A DNA stretch of 64,000 bases from an uncultured Gemmatimonadales bacterium (GTDB taxonomy: Bacteria > Gemmatimonadota > Gemmatimonadetes > Gemmatimonadales > GWC2-71-9), in the NCBI GenBank assembly GCA_963821525.1, contig CAWGED010000005.1:640001-704000 (forward strand), in the 5' to 3' direction. Position numbers and translations under genes: made by a program. This document shows positions 21,381 through 31,051 of the stretch, piece by piece (positions within the stretch are counted from its first letter, which is position 1; each line of letters starts with the position of its first letter). The notes beneath the pieces are model-generated. The model saw only the letters and a program-made list of their open reading frames with translations. It did no database searches and had not been told where the DNA came from.

Positions 21381-22097
21381 CTACAGGCTCTGGACCTCGA
21401 GTTTCACCACGTCATCCACCCGCATGGTTTCCTGGGTGAAAAACGGCTCTCCATACCGGGTACGAATCAGGGACCCGTAGTGGGCATTCTGGGTTTCGAT
21501 GAGGGAATAGAGATCCTGACCAGTAGGAAAGATTTCGCCCGCGTTCTTGACGCCATCGAATTGGCTGGAATAGCACTTGATGGCGGCCAGTTTCCGGTCA
21601 AACTGGGCCGAAATGTCGACCACGAATGTGGGCTTCACCGGGTCTTCGCGGTACGCGAGGGAATACAGCAGCTTGTGAGGGCGGTGAGGTTCCCCGCCAG
21701 CATCGTACTTGGCCAGACCGGCGAGGAAGCAGGCGTCGCGCCCAAGCTCCGAAGCGATTCTGTGATCCGGGTGTCTGCCGATGGGGAAGGGCAGGATCAC
21801 GACTCGGGGAGCGAAGTGCCGAATCTGTTCGACGACGATTCGGCGCGCCTCCTCGCTGTTTTGCAAGTGCGCGTCAGGCAGTCCGGCGTTCCGGCGTTCG
21901 GCCACTCCCAGGATCTTCGCGGCCCGCTCCGCCTCATCCCCCCGCAGCTTCGCGCTTCCATGGGTTCCGCTTTCTCCCGCCGAGAGATCCAGAATTCCCG
22001 TTCGGTGGCCTTGATCGACGGCCTTGAGCAAGGTGCCGGCACAGGTCAGTTCGACGTCGTCGCGGTGGGCGGCGATGGCGAGGAGATGGACGGACAT
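21381..22097 (-). CDS. bshB1: PIG-L family deacetylase, bacillithiol BshB1-like
   Basis: AHRDDVEL, GESGTHG, RHPDH, FVVDIS, KLAAIKCYSSQF. Confidence 0.8.
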   Translation of the reverse strand: MSVHLLAIAAHRDDVELTCAGTLLKAVDQGHRTGILDLSAGESGTHGSAKLRGDEAERAAKILGVAERRNAGLPDAHLQNSEEARRIVVEQIRHFAPRVVILPFPIGRHPDHRIASELGRDACFLAGLAKYDAGGEPHRPHKLLYSLAYREDPVKPTFVVDISAQFDRKLAAIKCYSSQFDGVKNAGEIFPTGQDLYSLIETQNAHYGSLIRTRYGEPFFTQETMRVDDVVKLEVQSL

Positions 22098-22098
22098 G

Positions 22099-22189
22099 AG
22101 GGGTCAGTGGCCAGGGGTCAGGATAGCAGGTGTCAGGGAAACGGATTGCAAGATACTCTTCAACCTGATCCCTGACACCTGACCCCTGG
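22099..22189. repeat. Hairpin of inverted heptamer arrays (GTCAGGT/G)n / (CCTGACA/C)n
   Basis: Arms about 22099-22138 and 22164-22189. Confidence 0.75.
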
Positions 22190-22211
22190 TATCACGCCCG
22201 CACGCGAAGGA

Positions 22212-22793
22212 ATGCTGATGTCCCCCGACCTTCATTCGAAAGCGCGTTCCTCAAGAGTCCTCCAGCGCCATGTCACGCTGGCCTTGGGGCTGTGCCTGGG
22301 CTGTGCTACCAGCGGGGTTGCTCCGGTGGAGTACCCTGCTGTCAGGGTCTATCACGCCGATACGGGTTCGGTCTCCGCGGCCGTCCGCCAGGTGGCAGAG
22401 TCGCTCGACGTGAAGCTGACGCCTGATTCTCCCTGGAAGAAGACAACCGCCCTTTACTTTGAAGGACATTGGAACGAGCAACCCAAGTCGGGTCAAGAAC
22501 ATAAGACTTGGCACACCAAAGACTACATGACGTGCCCCCGCGATCCTGCTGGAATGCAGCTCAGTCTGAAGACCGGGGAGACCCAGAACACCGCGTCGCT
22601 GAGCTTGCGGATACAATTGCGGCCGGTTGTTCCCGACAGCGTCGCACTCCAAATGGGAGTCCGGGCTGCCCAATCAGAGATGGACGAAGGGCAAGTGACC
22701 TGGATGGACTGCGAGAGCAAGGGGAAGTTCGAGGGGATTTTTCTTGCGGCGATGGATTCGGTGTTGGGGGTGAGTCAGAGTGAGCGGCAGTAG
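22212..22793 (+). CDS. Hypothetical putative lipoprotein (ORFan-like)
   Basis: Lipobox-like LCLGC; paired Cys (YMTCP ... MDCESKG); opposite strand to both neighbours. Confidence 0.65.
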   Translation: MLMSPDLHSKARSSRVLQRHVTLALGLCLGCATSGVAPVEYPAVRVYHADTGSVSAAVRQVAESLDVKLTPDSPWKKTTALYFEGHWNEQPKSGQEHKTWHTKDYMTCPRDPAGMQLSLKTGETQNTASLSLRIQLRPVVPDSVALQMGVRAAQSEMDEGQVTWMDCESKGKFEGIFLAAMDSVLGVSQSERQ

Positions 22794-22859
22794 GTGTCAG
22801 GTTACAGATGTCAGGGAAGAGAGCCTCCCTGACACCTGACCCCTGACACCTGGCACCTA
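22791..22859. repeat. Hairpin of inverted heptamer arrays (GGTGTCA)n / (TGACACC)n between convergent stop codons
   Basis: TAGGTGTCAGG...GTCAGGGA (22791-22817) versus TCCCTGACACCTGACCCCTGACACCTGGCACCTA (22826-22859). Confidence 0.85.
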
Positions 22860-23748
22860 GCTCGCTACCGCCAAACCCCGCCGCCGCCACCACCGGCGGA
22901 CGGTCAGGATCCCAGCCATTCCTACTAGGCCCAGTGGAACCACCACGCCGAGCGATGCAATGATTGTAGCGTTCAGGTTCACGAAGTTGCGCCAGGCCCG
23001 CTGGAAAGCCTCGGCGATGACGGGCGAGCCCCGATACGGTCCCTGAATCGGCAGGGGTTCGTGGATCGAAATTGTAAGGCTGCTCATCGAGGCGTGCGCG
23101 GACAGGTAGCGCAGCCGGCCCTCGTAACGCTCGATCTCCTCCCGTACCCGCGCCAGCTCCCGCTCAACCTCCAGCACGTCCTGAAGCTTGCCAGTGCGCT
23201 TCGCGAGCAGCTCGATCAGCCGGTCTTCGAGCCGCTTGCCATTGATGATCCGGGCCGCGACGTCGGCATACTCCTCGCCCACGTCCTGGGCCGTGATATT
23301 GACGTATTCCACCTTGCCCAGCGGCGACATCCCGTTGACCAGTTCGTCGAAGCGCTCCGAGGGAACCCGGAGCTCGATGGACGCGGAGCGGTATTGCGCC
23401 GATCCGGCCTGATAGGAACTGTTGGCGAGATAGCCTCCGAGGCGGCCGGCAAGCTGGCGCAACTGAGCGACTGAGTTTTCCAAAGAATCGACTTCGACAC
23501 TGGCTTGTCCCGTCCGAATCACCATTACCCCGGGCAGCGAGGGGCGGGCGATCGGCTGGGCGTAATTCACCTGTCCTTCAGCAACCTTCCCGCCGGCCAC
23601 GGCATCGGCGGGTGCCGGTGCCGCGAGCTGCCTGCAGTGCATCACGTCTTTCGTTCGCTTCATCCTTGCTTTTGGCATCGAAGGCGGCACCCTCAGCCAG
23701 GCATGCGGCCACGGTGAGGGTTAGGGCGGCTGCCATCCAGGAACGCAT
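22857..23748 (-). CDS. DUF4349 domain protein (indel near 5' end)
   Basis: IRTG..VEV, LRVPS-RF, QDVGEEYAD, DVLEVERELARVREEIE; C-terminal TM helix. Confidence 0.85.
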
Positions 23749-23826
23749 CTTGTCCTCGGGTCAGGGGTTGCGAGGGGATGCGCCAGACACCGAGAGTTGC
23801 ACAGAACTGTGGGGAAACGGGAAAAA

Positions 23827-23901
23827 GCGTGAGAGGTTAGAGGTAAGAAGGGAGAGGGAAGCTCAGTGCCCGTCTCACTTCTCACTTCTCACCTCTGACG
23901 C
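23827..23901. repeat. Hairpin of inverted heptamer arrays (GTGAGAG/A)n / (TTCTCAC)n
   Basis: Arms 23827-23858 and 23869-23901; same family and same GCGTGAGA...ACGC ends as 4195-4290. Confidence 0.85.
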
Positions 23902-23911
23902 TCTTTGGATA

Positions 23912-25150
23912 TTATTCGTGTCTGAGAGCTTCGACGGGGTCCATCGCCGCCGCCCTATTGGCCGGATAGAGCCCGAACACGAGCCCGATCATGATGCTGA
24001 CCAGGGTGGCCACGACGGCGCTCCACAACGGGACGCCGGATTGGAGGTTCAGCACTTCCTTCAGGACATGACCGGTGGCGAGGCCGAAGGCGATGCCGAG
24101 GAGCCCGCCGATGAAGGTCAGCGTCGCCGACTCGACGAGGAACTGCCAGAGGATCTCCTGACGGGTGGCGCCGAGTGCCTTGCGCAGTCCGATCTCGTGG
24201 GTCCGGTCGGTGACCGAAACCATCATGATGGCCATGACGCCGATCCCGCCGACCAGCAGAGCCACGCTCGAGAGGGCAACCATGACCCCGAAGAACGCGG
24301 TGGTCAGGTTGCTGATGGTATCGAGGATCTGGTCCTGGGTGATCACGTCGAACGTGTTCGGCATGCCAGGCCGAAGCCGCCGTTCCCGCCGAAGCGCCGC
24401 AATGGTGAGGTCCTTCGCGATGGGGACCGAGACCCGCGGCCATCCCTTCACCGAGAGAAAGAGCCCATTGGTCTCGTCATAGTGGTAGTTCCGCTTGGCG
24501 GTGACGAAGGGCATGATGGCGCCGATCTGCTGTCCCGGCGGTTCGAAGATGTTGGCCGGCCGCTGATAAATGCCGATCACGGTGAGCGCGACGCCGCCAA
24601 CCCGGATCCGCCGGCCCATTGGGTCGATCTCGCCGAACAACCGGTCCGCCGACTCTTCTTCCAGAACCACGACGGGCTCGCCATCCAGTTCCGAGGGAGC
24701 GAAGAAGCGGCCCCGGAGCAGGGTGCCGCCCAGGATCTCCATGTAGTGCTCGTCCGCTCCGTAGACCGTGACCGTCTGGGTCGAGACTCCCTGGTACTCC
24801 ATGCGGAGGAACATCTGGACCCAGATCCCGGCGTATTCAATCTCGGGGACGTCGCGGACAGCGATCGCGTCCTCTTCGGTGAGAACCGGACGGATCCTGA
24901 CCTCATACGGCAGATGGTCGGGATTGAGCGGGGTCTGGCTGAAGAACCGCATCACGTAGAACGCGCTCGGCCCCGCCGTGTTCATGGCGTTGAAGATCTG
25001 GCCGCGAATGCCCTCCACGATCGATGCCATCGCCATCACGGTAGAGACGCCGATCACGACGCCCAGAATCGTCAGTGCGGAGCGGAGCTTGTTGGAGCGC
25101 AGGGCGTCCAGTGCGATCCCGATTCCTTCGTCGAGGTTCCGAAGGATCAT
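23912..25150 (-). CDS. MacB/FtsX-type ABC transporter permease (4th)
   Basis: NKLRSALTILGVVIGV, VGGIGVMAIMMVSVTDRTHEIGLRKALGA, DPVEALR. Confidence 0.92.
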   Translation of the reverse strand: MILRNLDEGIGIALDALRSNKLRSALTILGVVIGVSTVMAMASIVEGIRGQIFNAMNTAGPSAFYVMRFFSQTPLNPDHLPYEVRIRPVLTEEDAIAVRDVPEIEYAGIWVQMFLRMEYQGVSTQTVTVYGADEHYMEILGGTLLRGRFFAPSELDGEPVVVLEEESADRLFGEIDPMGRRIRVGGVALTVIGIYQRPANIFEPPGQQIGAIMPFVTAKRNYHYDETNGLFLSVKGWPRVSVPIAKDLTIAALRRERRLRPGMPNTFDVITQDQILDTISNLTTAFFGVMVALSSVALLVGGIGVMAIMMVSVTDRTHEIGLRKALGATRQEILWQFLVESATLTFIGGLLGIAFGLATGHVLKEVLNLQSGVPLWSAVVATLVSIMIGLVFGLYPANRAAAMDPVEALRHE

Positions 25151-25151
25151 G

Positions 25152-26396
25152 TCATTCGGCGCGGAGGGCGGTGATCGGATCGAGCCGGGCCGCTCGCGTG
25201 GCGGGATACACCCCGAAGATGATGCCGGTCCCGGTGCCCAGCAGGAGAGCGACACCAATTGACCACATCGTCACCCGGGCGGGGAGCGGCGTGAAGGCTG
25301 AGACTGCGAGCGAGAGGAGGTACCCGCCCAGCACTCCCTGGATGCCGCCGAGGGTGGAAAGCACCATCGCCTCGATGAGAAACTGGCGGCGGATGTCCGC
25401 CCGAGTGGCGCCGAGCGACTTCCGGATGCCGATCTCCCGAGTGCGCTCGTTCACCGTCATGAGCATGATGTTCATGATGACAATACCGCCCACTACGATC
25501 CCGATGCAGACCACCGCGGGGACTACGGTAAAAAGCACCTGGGTAAGGCTACGCCAGAACGCGACCAGCGCGTCTGCTTTGTCAACCGTGAAATCGTTGG
25601 GCTCATTGGGACGCAGCTTATGAGCGACGCGCATCGCCTCCTCGGCCCGCTCCATGGCGGAGGGGAGGAGATCGGAGCTGGCCATCTTGACCGAGACGGT
25701 AGTGGTCTTGCGTCGGCCGTAGATCGCCTCGAAGGTCGAAATGGGCACCAGGGCGAAGCCGTCGAAGGACTGGCCGAGGACCCGGCCCTTTTTCGCGGTG
25801 ACTGCCTTGACCGTCATTTCGCGCCCAGCCAGGCGGATCCTCCGGCCGATGGCCTGGTCTGCTCCCCCGAACAACTTGTCCGCCACGTCGTATCCCAAGA
25901 CCACCACATAGCGCCGCTCCCGGACGTCGGGATCGGCGAGTGGCTCCCCCGCCACGAAGCGATAGTCCTGCACCACCTGGTAGGGGGGAGTGACTCCGAA
26001 GATCAGCACATCGCCGACCGTGCGGTTCCGGTAGGTCACGTCGGTCGTCGGAGTAGGCCATCCGGACTGGAGGGAGACGGCCTGGGCGTCCGGGATGGCG
26101 CGATGAACGACGGCTGCGTCTTCCCGGGAGAGCCGTGGGCGCTTCGCGATCTCTCGCAATTCGTCATCGCTCAGGAGACCGACGGCGATCGGGGTGCGGC
26201 GGACCTGAAACGCGTTGGTCCCGATGACGGCCCCGGTGATGTTCTCCTTCACGTACGCGTTCATGCCCTGGATCACCGCGACCACGGTGACCAGGAACCC
26301 GACTGACACGATGATGCCCAGGAGGGTGAAGAAGGAACGAAGCTTGGCGCCGAGAATGGACTGCACCGCCAGCTTAAAGGCTTCGTAGAAAGGCAT
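25152..26396 (-). CDS. MacB/FtsX-type ABC transporter permease (3rd)
   Basis: KLRSFFTLLGII, VGGIVIMNIMLMTVNERTREIGIRK. Confidence 0.92.
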   Translation of the reverse strand: MPFYEAFKLAVQSILGAKLRSFFTLLGIIVSVGFLVTVVAVIQGMNAYVKENITGAVIGTNAFQVRRTPIAVGLLSDDELREIAKRPRLSREDAAVVHRAIPDAQAVSLQSGWPTPTTDVTYRNRTVGDVLIFGVTPPYQVVQDYRFVAGEPLADPDVRERRYVVVLGYDVADKLFGGADQAIGRRIRLAGREMTVKAVTAKKGRVLGQSFDGFALVPISTFEAIYGRRKTTTVSVKMASSDLLPSAMERAEEAMRVAHKLRPNEPNDFTVDKADALVAFWRSLTQVLFTVVPAVVCIGIVVGGIVIMNIMLMTVNERTREIGIRKSLGATRADIRRQFLIEAMVLSTLGGIQGVLGGYLLSLAVSAFTPLPARVTMWSIGVALLLGTGTGIIFGVYPATRAARLDPITALRAE

Positions 26397-26411
26397 GCTG
26401 GAAAATACCAA

Positions 26412-26556
26412 GGGAGACGGAAGACGGGAGACGGGAAAAGTATGAGAACATGAAGCGAAAATGAAGAAGTGAGAAGTGCGCTCAACGACGCCCCTCTCAC
26501 CTCTCACTTCTTACATCTCACGTGTTTTCTCTTCCCGTCTTCCGTCTCCCGTCTCC
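26412..26556. repeat. Nested hairpin: outer (GGGAGAC)n/(GTCTCCC)n, inner (GTGAGAA)n/(TCTCAC)n
   Basis: Outer arms 26412-26437 and 26532-26556; inner arms about 26441-26478 and 26494-26522. Confidence 0.85.
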
Positions 26557-26557
26557 G

Positions 26558-27799
26558 CTACTCGTACCTCAAGGCCTCCACTGGATCGAGCTTACTGGCT
26601 TTGTTGGCGGGATAGAGTCCGAAAATGATCCCGGTAAGAATGGACATCAGCACCGCGGCGACGACAGACAGCAGCGGTACGACGGCGGGAATCGAAGTGA
26701 AGGAGCGAATCCCCCAGGCGATGAGGCCACCCAGCGTCATCCCGACGATGCAGCCGACCAGGGTGAGGGTCGCCGCCTCCACAAGGAACTGGAACATGAT
26801 TTCCCGCCGGGTGGCACCAAGCGCCTTGCGCACGCCGATTTCCCGGGTGCGCTCGGTGACCGAAATCATCATGATGGCGACGACCCCGACCCCGCCCACC
26901 ATGAGCCCGACGCCCGACAGCGCGAGCATCACCAGGAAGAAGCCGCTGGTGATCTTGTTCCAGGTATCGAGGATCTTGTCCTGGCTCACCAGGGCAAAAT
27001 TGTTTTCCTGCGCCGGCTTGAGACTCCGCGACGCCCGGATCGCGGCGGTGACCTCGTCCATCGACTGATCCACCGAGGCCCAGGGCTGGGGGCTCACGGC
27101 GATCTCCATCCACCCCTTCCAGTAATCGCAGACCTTGGTGAAGGTCGAATGGGGAATGGTGACGGAGGGAGAGTCGTTGTCGCCGAAGAGGCTCTGCGGC
27201 TCGGTGTACAACCCCACCACTTCGAACGGCTCTCCCGAGATCTTGATCCGCTTCCCGATCGGGTCGCGGCCGGGGAAGAGCTGCTCCGCGAGCTTGTTGT
27301 TGATCACCGCCACCCGTGCGCTCGCCGCTTCTTCGAGATCGGTGTAGTTACGGCCCTGCGTGATGGTTCCTCCTACCGAACGGACCCAGCTCGGGCTGAA
27401 TCCGGTGGTCTGCACACTGCTCAGGTTCACGTCGCCGTAGGAGACGGGTCCGCTGGTCCCCTCTCTCCACGTGACTTCCCGCACGGTGCGCAACTTCTGC
27501 AGCATCTTGGCTTCATCGACCGTCAGCCAGGGATTCCGCCGCCAGGGGGACAATTCATCGGAGCCGTCGCTTATGGTGAGGCCACCCTGGAAAAACCGCT
27601 CCACGAAGAAGGTCTTGGGGCCCAGGGTCTCAAGCATCGTCGAGACGCTGCGGTTGATCCCGGTGATGGCGGAAGCCATTGCGATGACCACCATGACGCC
27701 AATGGCCACACCCAGAATCGTCAGCGCGGCGCGCACCTTGTTGGCCCGAAGCGAATCGAGCGCAATGACCACGCCCTCGAAAATCCGGCCGATGTTCAC
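26558..27799 (-). CDS. MacB/FtsX-type ABC transporter permease (2nd)
   Basis: NKVRAALTILGVAIG, SVTERTREIGVRKALGA. Confidence 0.92.
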   Translation of the reverse strand: MNIGRIFEGVVIALDSLRANKVRAALTILGVAIGVMVVIAMASAITGINRSVSTMLETLGPKTFFVERFFQGGLTISDGSDELSPWRRNPWLTVDEAKMLQKLRTVREVTWREGTSGPVSYGDVNLSSVQTTGFSPSWVRSVGGTITQGRNYTDLEEAASARVAVINNKLAEQLFPGRDPIGKRIKISGEPFEVVGLYTEPQSLFGDNDSPSVTIPHSTFTKVCDYWKGWMEIAVSPQPWASVDQSMDEVTAAIRASRSLKPAQENNFALVSQDKILDTWNKITSGFFLVMLALSGVGLMVGGVGVVAIMMISVTERTREIGVRKALGATRREIMFQFLVEAATLTLVGCIVGMTLGGLIAWGIRSFTSIPAVVPLLSVVAAVLMSILTGIIFGLYPANKASKLDPVEALRYE

Positions 27800-27809
27800 A
27801 GGATCTCCA

Positions 27810-29051
27810 CTATTCGGCGCGGAGCGCGACAATGGGGTCGAGCCGGGACGCCCGGCTCGCGGGGTACACCCCGGCGAGAATCCCCACCGTCATGCCGAGA
27901 ATAACGCCGACCGCGATCGACCAGGGGGCCACCGCGGCTGGCAAGGGGGTAAGTCCCCGGACCAGGAACGCCAGTCCGATCCCGGTCCCGACTCCCAAGG
28001 CTGCCCCCACCGTCGCCAGCGTGGCGCTTTCCACGACGAACTGGGCCAGGATGTCCCGCCGCTTGGCGCCGAGGGCCTTCCGGATCCCGATCTCGCGAGT
28101 GCGTTCGGCCACCGCCATCAGCATGATATTCATGATTACGATTCCACCGACCACGAGCGAGATGGCAACCAGCATCGGCAGGGCGGTGATCAGGACTTTG
28201 GAAATGCTCCTCCACCCCTCCAGTGCACCCTCTGCATTCTGTAGAGCGAAGTTGTTCTGCTGGCCGGGGCGGAGGTGGCGCTTGTTGCGCATCAGCGACT
28301 CGGTCTCCCCCATCGCCACCAGCATCGTGGTGGAGTTTGACGTCTTGATCTGGAGCTCATCCAGAACGTTCATCGGGCAGATGTAGCGCCGAGCCGGTGC
28401 CTTGAACGGCATCACCGCGAACTTGTCCAGCGAGAGCCCGAACAGCGTGCCGCGCTTGGCCGCCACACCGATCACTCGGTAGGGCAGCCCCGCGATCTTC
28501 ACCTCCTTGTCCAGCGGATCCAATCCTTCGAAGAGCTTTTCCGCCAGCAGGTCGCCGATTACGAGGACCGGCGCCCCCACGCGGACTTCCTGCGGGGTGA
28601 AGATGCGGCCGGAGGCGAGTCCGATGTTCTTGATGTCGAAATAGGTGGGCTCGGTCCCCATCAGCTCGATGTCCTTCGCCTGCTTGGTGCCGTAGGTGAT
28701 CAGCATCCGGTCGGAGCAGAAGCGGGCGAAGGTAGCGGGGGTCTTCAAACGCTCGGCGACGTAGTCCGCGTCGTCATAGGTGATCCGGGGCCGGCGCTGC
28801 CATTCCCGCCACTCGTCGTCGGTGACGTTGCCGGTGTTGATGCCCGGTGAGCGGCGCAGAGTGAAGGTGTTCAGGCCGATCAGCTGGTTGGCGAACTGAT
28901 CCTCCATGTACACGTTCATGCCCTGCACGATCGAAACGACCGCGATCAGGAAGGTGACGCCGATCAGGACCCCGATCAGCGAGAAGAAGCTCTTGAGCTT
29001 CTGGGCGACGATGGTGCGGAGCGCCATCCGCACCGCCTCGAACAACGGCAT
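27810..29051 (-). CDS. MacB/FtsX-type ABC transporter permease (1st)
   Basis: KLKSFFSLIGVLIG, AVAERTREIGIRKALGA. Confidence 0.92.
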   Translation of the reverse strand: MPLFEAVRMALRTIVAQKLKSFFSLIGVLIGVTFLIAVVSIVQGMNVYMEDQFANQLIGLNTFTLRRSPGINTGNVTDDEWREWQRRPRITYDDADYVAERLKTPATFARFCSDRMLITYGTKQAKDIELMGTEPTYFDIKNIGLASGRIFTPQEVRVGAPVLVIGDLLAEKLFEGLDPLDKEVKIAGLPYRVIGVAAKRGTLFGLSLDKFAVMPFKAPARRYICPMNVLDELQIKTSNSTTMLVAMGETESLMRNKRHLRPGQQNNFALQNAEGALEGWRSISKVLITALPMLVAISLVVGGIVIMNIMLMAVAERTREIGIRKALGAKRRDILAQFVVESATLATVGAALGVGTGIGLAFLVRGLTPLPAAVAPWSIAVGVILGMTVGILAGVYPASRASRLDPIVALRAE

Positions 29052-29754
29052 CTAGGCTGCGGCTTTCGTGTTCCTGGTATCGGTGTCGAGGCGCCCGTCG
29101 CGCAACACGATCACCCGTTCGGCGTACTGGGCGATCGAAGGCTCATGGGTCACGACGACAATGGTCTGTCCCTGGCTGTGCAGCTCACCGAAGACCGCCA
29201 TGATCTCCTCGCTCGTGGTGCTGTCGAGGTTCCCGGTGGGCTCGTCCGCGAGGAGCAGGGAAGGGCTGTTGACCAAGGCCCGGGCGATTGCCACCCGCTG
29301 CCGCTGGCCGCCGGACAGCTCATTGGGACGATGTCCCATACGGTCGCCCAGGCCGACGCGTTCCAAGCGCCTGGCGAGCCCGCCGCCGGCGCTCTCCCGC
29401 GGATACCCCTGCATACACCAGAGGCAACTCGACGTTGTGCAGGGCGGTGGCCCGGGGGAGCAGATTGAACGTTTGAAACACGAACCCGATCTCCCGGTTT
29501 CGGACCCGGGCCAGGGCATCGTCCGACATGCGGGATACCTCCTGGCCGTTGAGCCAGTAGGCGCCGCCATTCGGGGTGTCGAGACAGCCAATCAGGTTCA
29601 TGAAAGTGGATTTACCGGAACCCGAGGGTCCCATGATGGCGACGTACTCGTTGCGGCGGATTCCCAGGGTCAGACCCCGGAGTGCCAGGACCTTCTCCGC
29701 GCCCATATCGTACTCGCGGACGAGGTCCTCAACCTGGATCACGAGGTCGCTCAT
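29052..29754 (-). CDS. ABC ATPase, MacB/LolD type (indel)
   Basis: [39 protein letters not shown]. Confidence 0.93.
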
Positions 29755-31034
29755 GACTTCTTCTCTTCCTTCTTCCCGGAATCGCTGACGGCCTTCTTGA
29801 CCTTGGTGCCGTCCTTGAGGTCCCGGATGGCCTGGTAGCTGCCGGAGACAATGGTCTCACCCGACTTCACCCCTTCGAGGACCTCGAAGTATTCCTCTCC
29901 CGCGATCCCGACCTTTACCGGCCGGAAGGTGGCGACGCCATTGTTCACCACGAACACGCCCTCGGTCTCCTTCTTCTTCCCGACGGTGGGCTTGATCGTC
30001 GTGTCGCGCGGAGCCGACTCGTTGGGTACCGGCTCGTTCTCTCGCACCGTCAGGGCGATGATGGGCACGCTCAGGACACCTTTGCGAACGTCGGTGATCA
30101 CCCGCGCGGTGGTGCTCAGGTCGGGCCGGATGTCTCCCGGCGGCTTGCTCAGGGTGACCTCGACATCGAAATCCACCGCCCGGTCGTTGGAACCCGAGGC
30201 GGTCTGCGTCGAGGTCAGCTTGGCGCTGTTGCTGATCTTGGTCACCCGGCCCAGGAACGTGGTGTCGGGGAAGGCATCGATGCTCACTTCCACCGAGTCT
30301 CCCTCCTGGAGACGGACCACGTCGGTTTCGTCCACCTGGACCTTGGCCAAAATGACCGACATGTCCGCGATGGTCATGAGCAGGCCCACGTCACGCGAAA
30401 ACGTGCCCGGAACCGCTACTTCACCTTCTTCGACCGCGAGCCGGGTTACCCGGCCCGAGATTGGAGCCACCAGCCTCGTCTTGCGCAGGTTGTCCTGGGC
30501 CTCCTGCATGCCGGCCTTGGCTTGATCCACCTGGGCCTGGCTGGACTTGAGGTTCGCCTCGGCCACATCGCGTGCGGTCTCCGCCTGCTCCACGGCTTCT
30601 TCGGAGATCAGGCTGGTGTTGGATGCCTGAAGGTCCTTGGCTCGTTTGAGGGCCCGCTCTGCCTGATCAAGGTTGGCGCGGCTTCTGATCAGGTCGCTCT
30701 GAGCGGAAGCGAGCAACGCCTCGGACCGGGAGACGGCGGCCTGGTAGAGCGCGGCGTCGATCTGGAGCAGGAACTGCCCCTTCTTCACCATGTCGCCCTC
30801 TTTCACGGCGATCTCGGTGATCCGCCCCTGGATGTCACTCAGGATGTCGACCTTGGTCTCCGGCTCGATCGTCCCGCTGGCAGTGACGGTCGAGACCAGG
30901 TCCCGCGTCCCCACCTCTTCCATCCGGACCTCGACCGCCTTCTTGTTCTTCTTCGCGGCGGTGAGGGCGACGACGCTGCCGATGCTCACCAGCAACACCA
31001 TCAGGACGAGACTGAGCTTCATGCGACGCGACAT
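29751..31034 (-). CDS. Periplasmic adaptor (MacA/YknX-like membrane fusion protein)
   Basis: N-terminal anchor, [11 protein letters not shown] lipoyl half, coiled coil, APISGRV, VDETDV. Confidence 0.92.
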   Translation of the reverse strand: MSRRMKLSLVLMVLLVSIGSVVALTAAKKNKKAVEVRMEEVGTRDLVSTVTASGTIEPETKVDILSDIQGRITEIAVKEGDMVKKGQFLLQIDAALYQAAVSRSEALLASAQSDLIRSRANLDQAERALKRAKDLQASNTSLISEEAVEQAETARDVAEANLKSSQAQVDQAKAGMQEAQDNLRKTRLVAPISGRVTRLAVEEGEVAVPGTFSRDVGLLMTIADMSVILAKVQVDETDVVRLQEGDSVEVSIDAFPDTTFLGRVTKISNSAKLTSTQTASGSNDRAVDFDVEVTLSKPPGDIRPDLSTTARVITDVRKGVLSVPIIALTVRENEPVPNESAPRDTTIKPTVGKKKETEGVFVVNNGVATFRPVKVGIAGEEYFEVLEGVKSGETIVSGSYQAIRDLKDGTKVKKAVSDSGKKEEKKS

Positions 31035-31051
31035 TTCACACCCTCGTTTGG

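Noticed and set aside
23777..23801. Possible ECF promoter TGCAAC..GCATC upstream of the DUF4349 gene
   Set aside because: Spacing and -10 element do not match the clearer site at 32634-32660; too weak to call
23612..27904. Long plus-strand ORFs antisense to the permeases (also 277-1716, 20002-21213, 58418-59506 and others)
   Set aside because: Shadow ORFs expected in high-GC coding DNA; Arg/Gly/Pro-rich with no motifs
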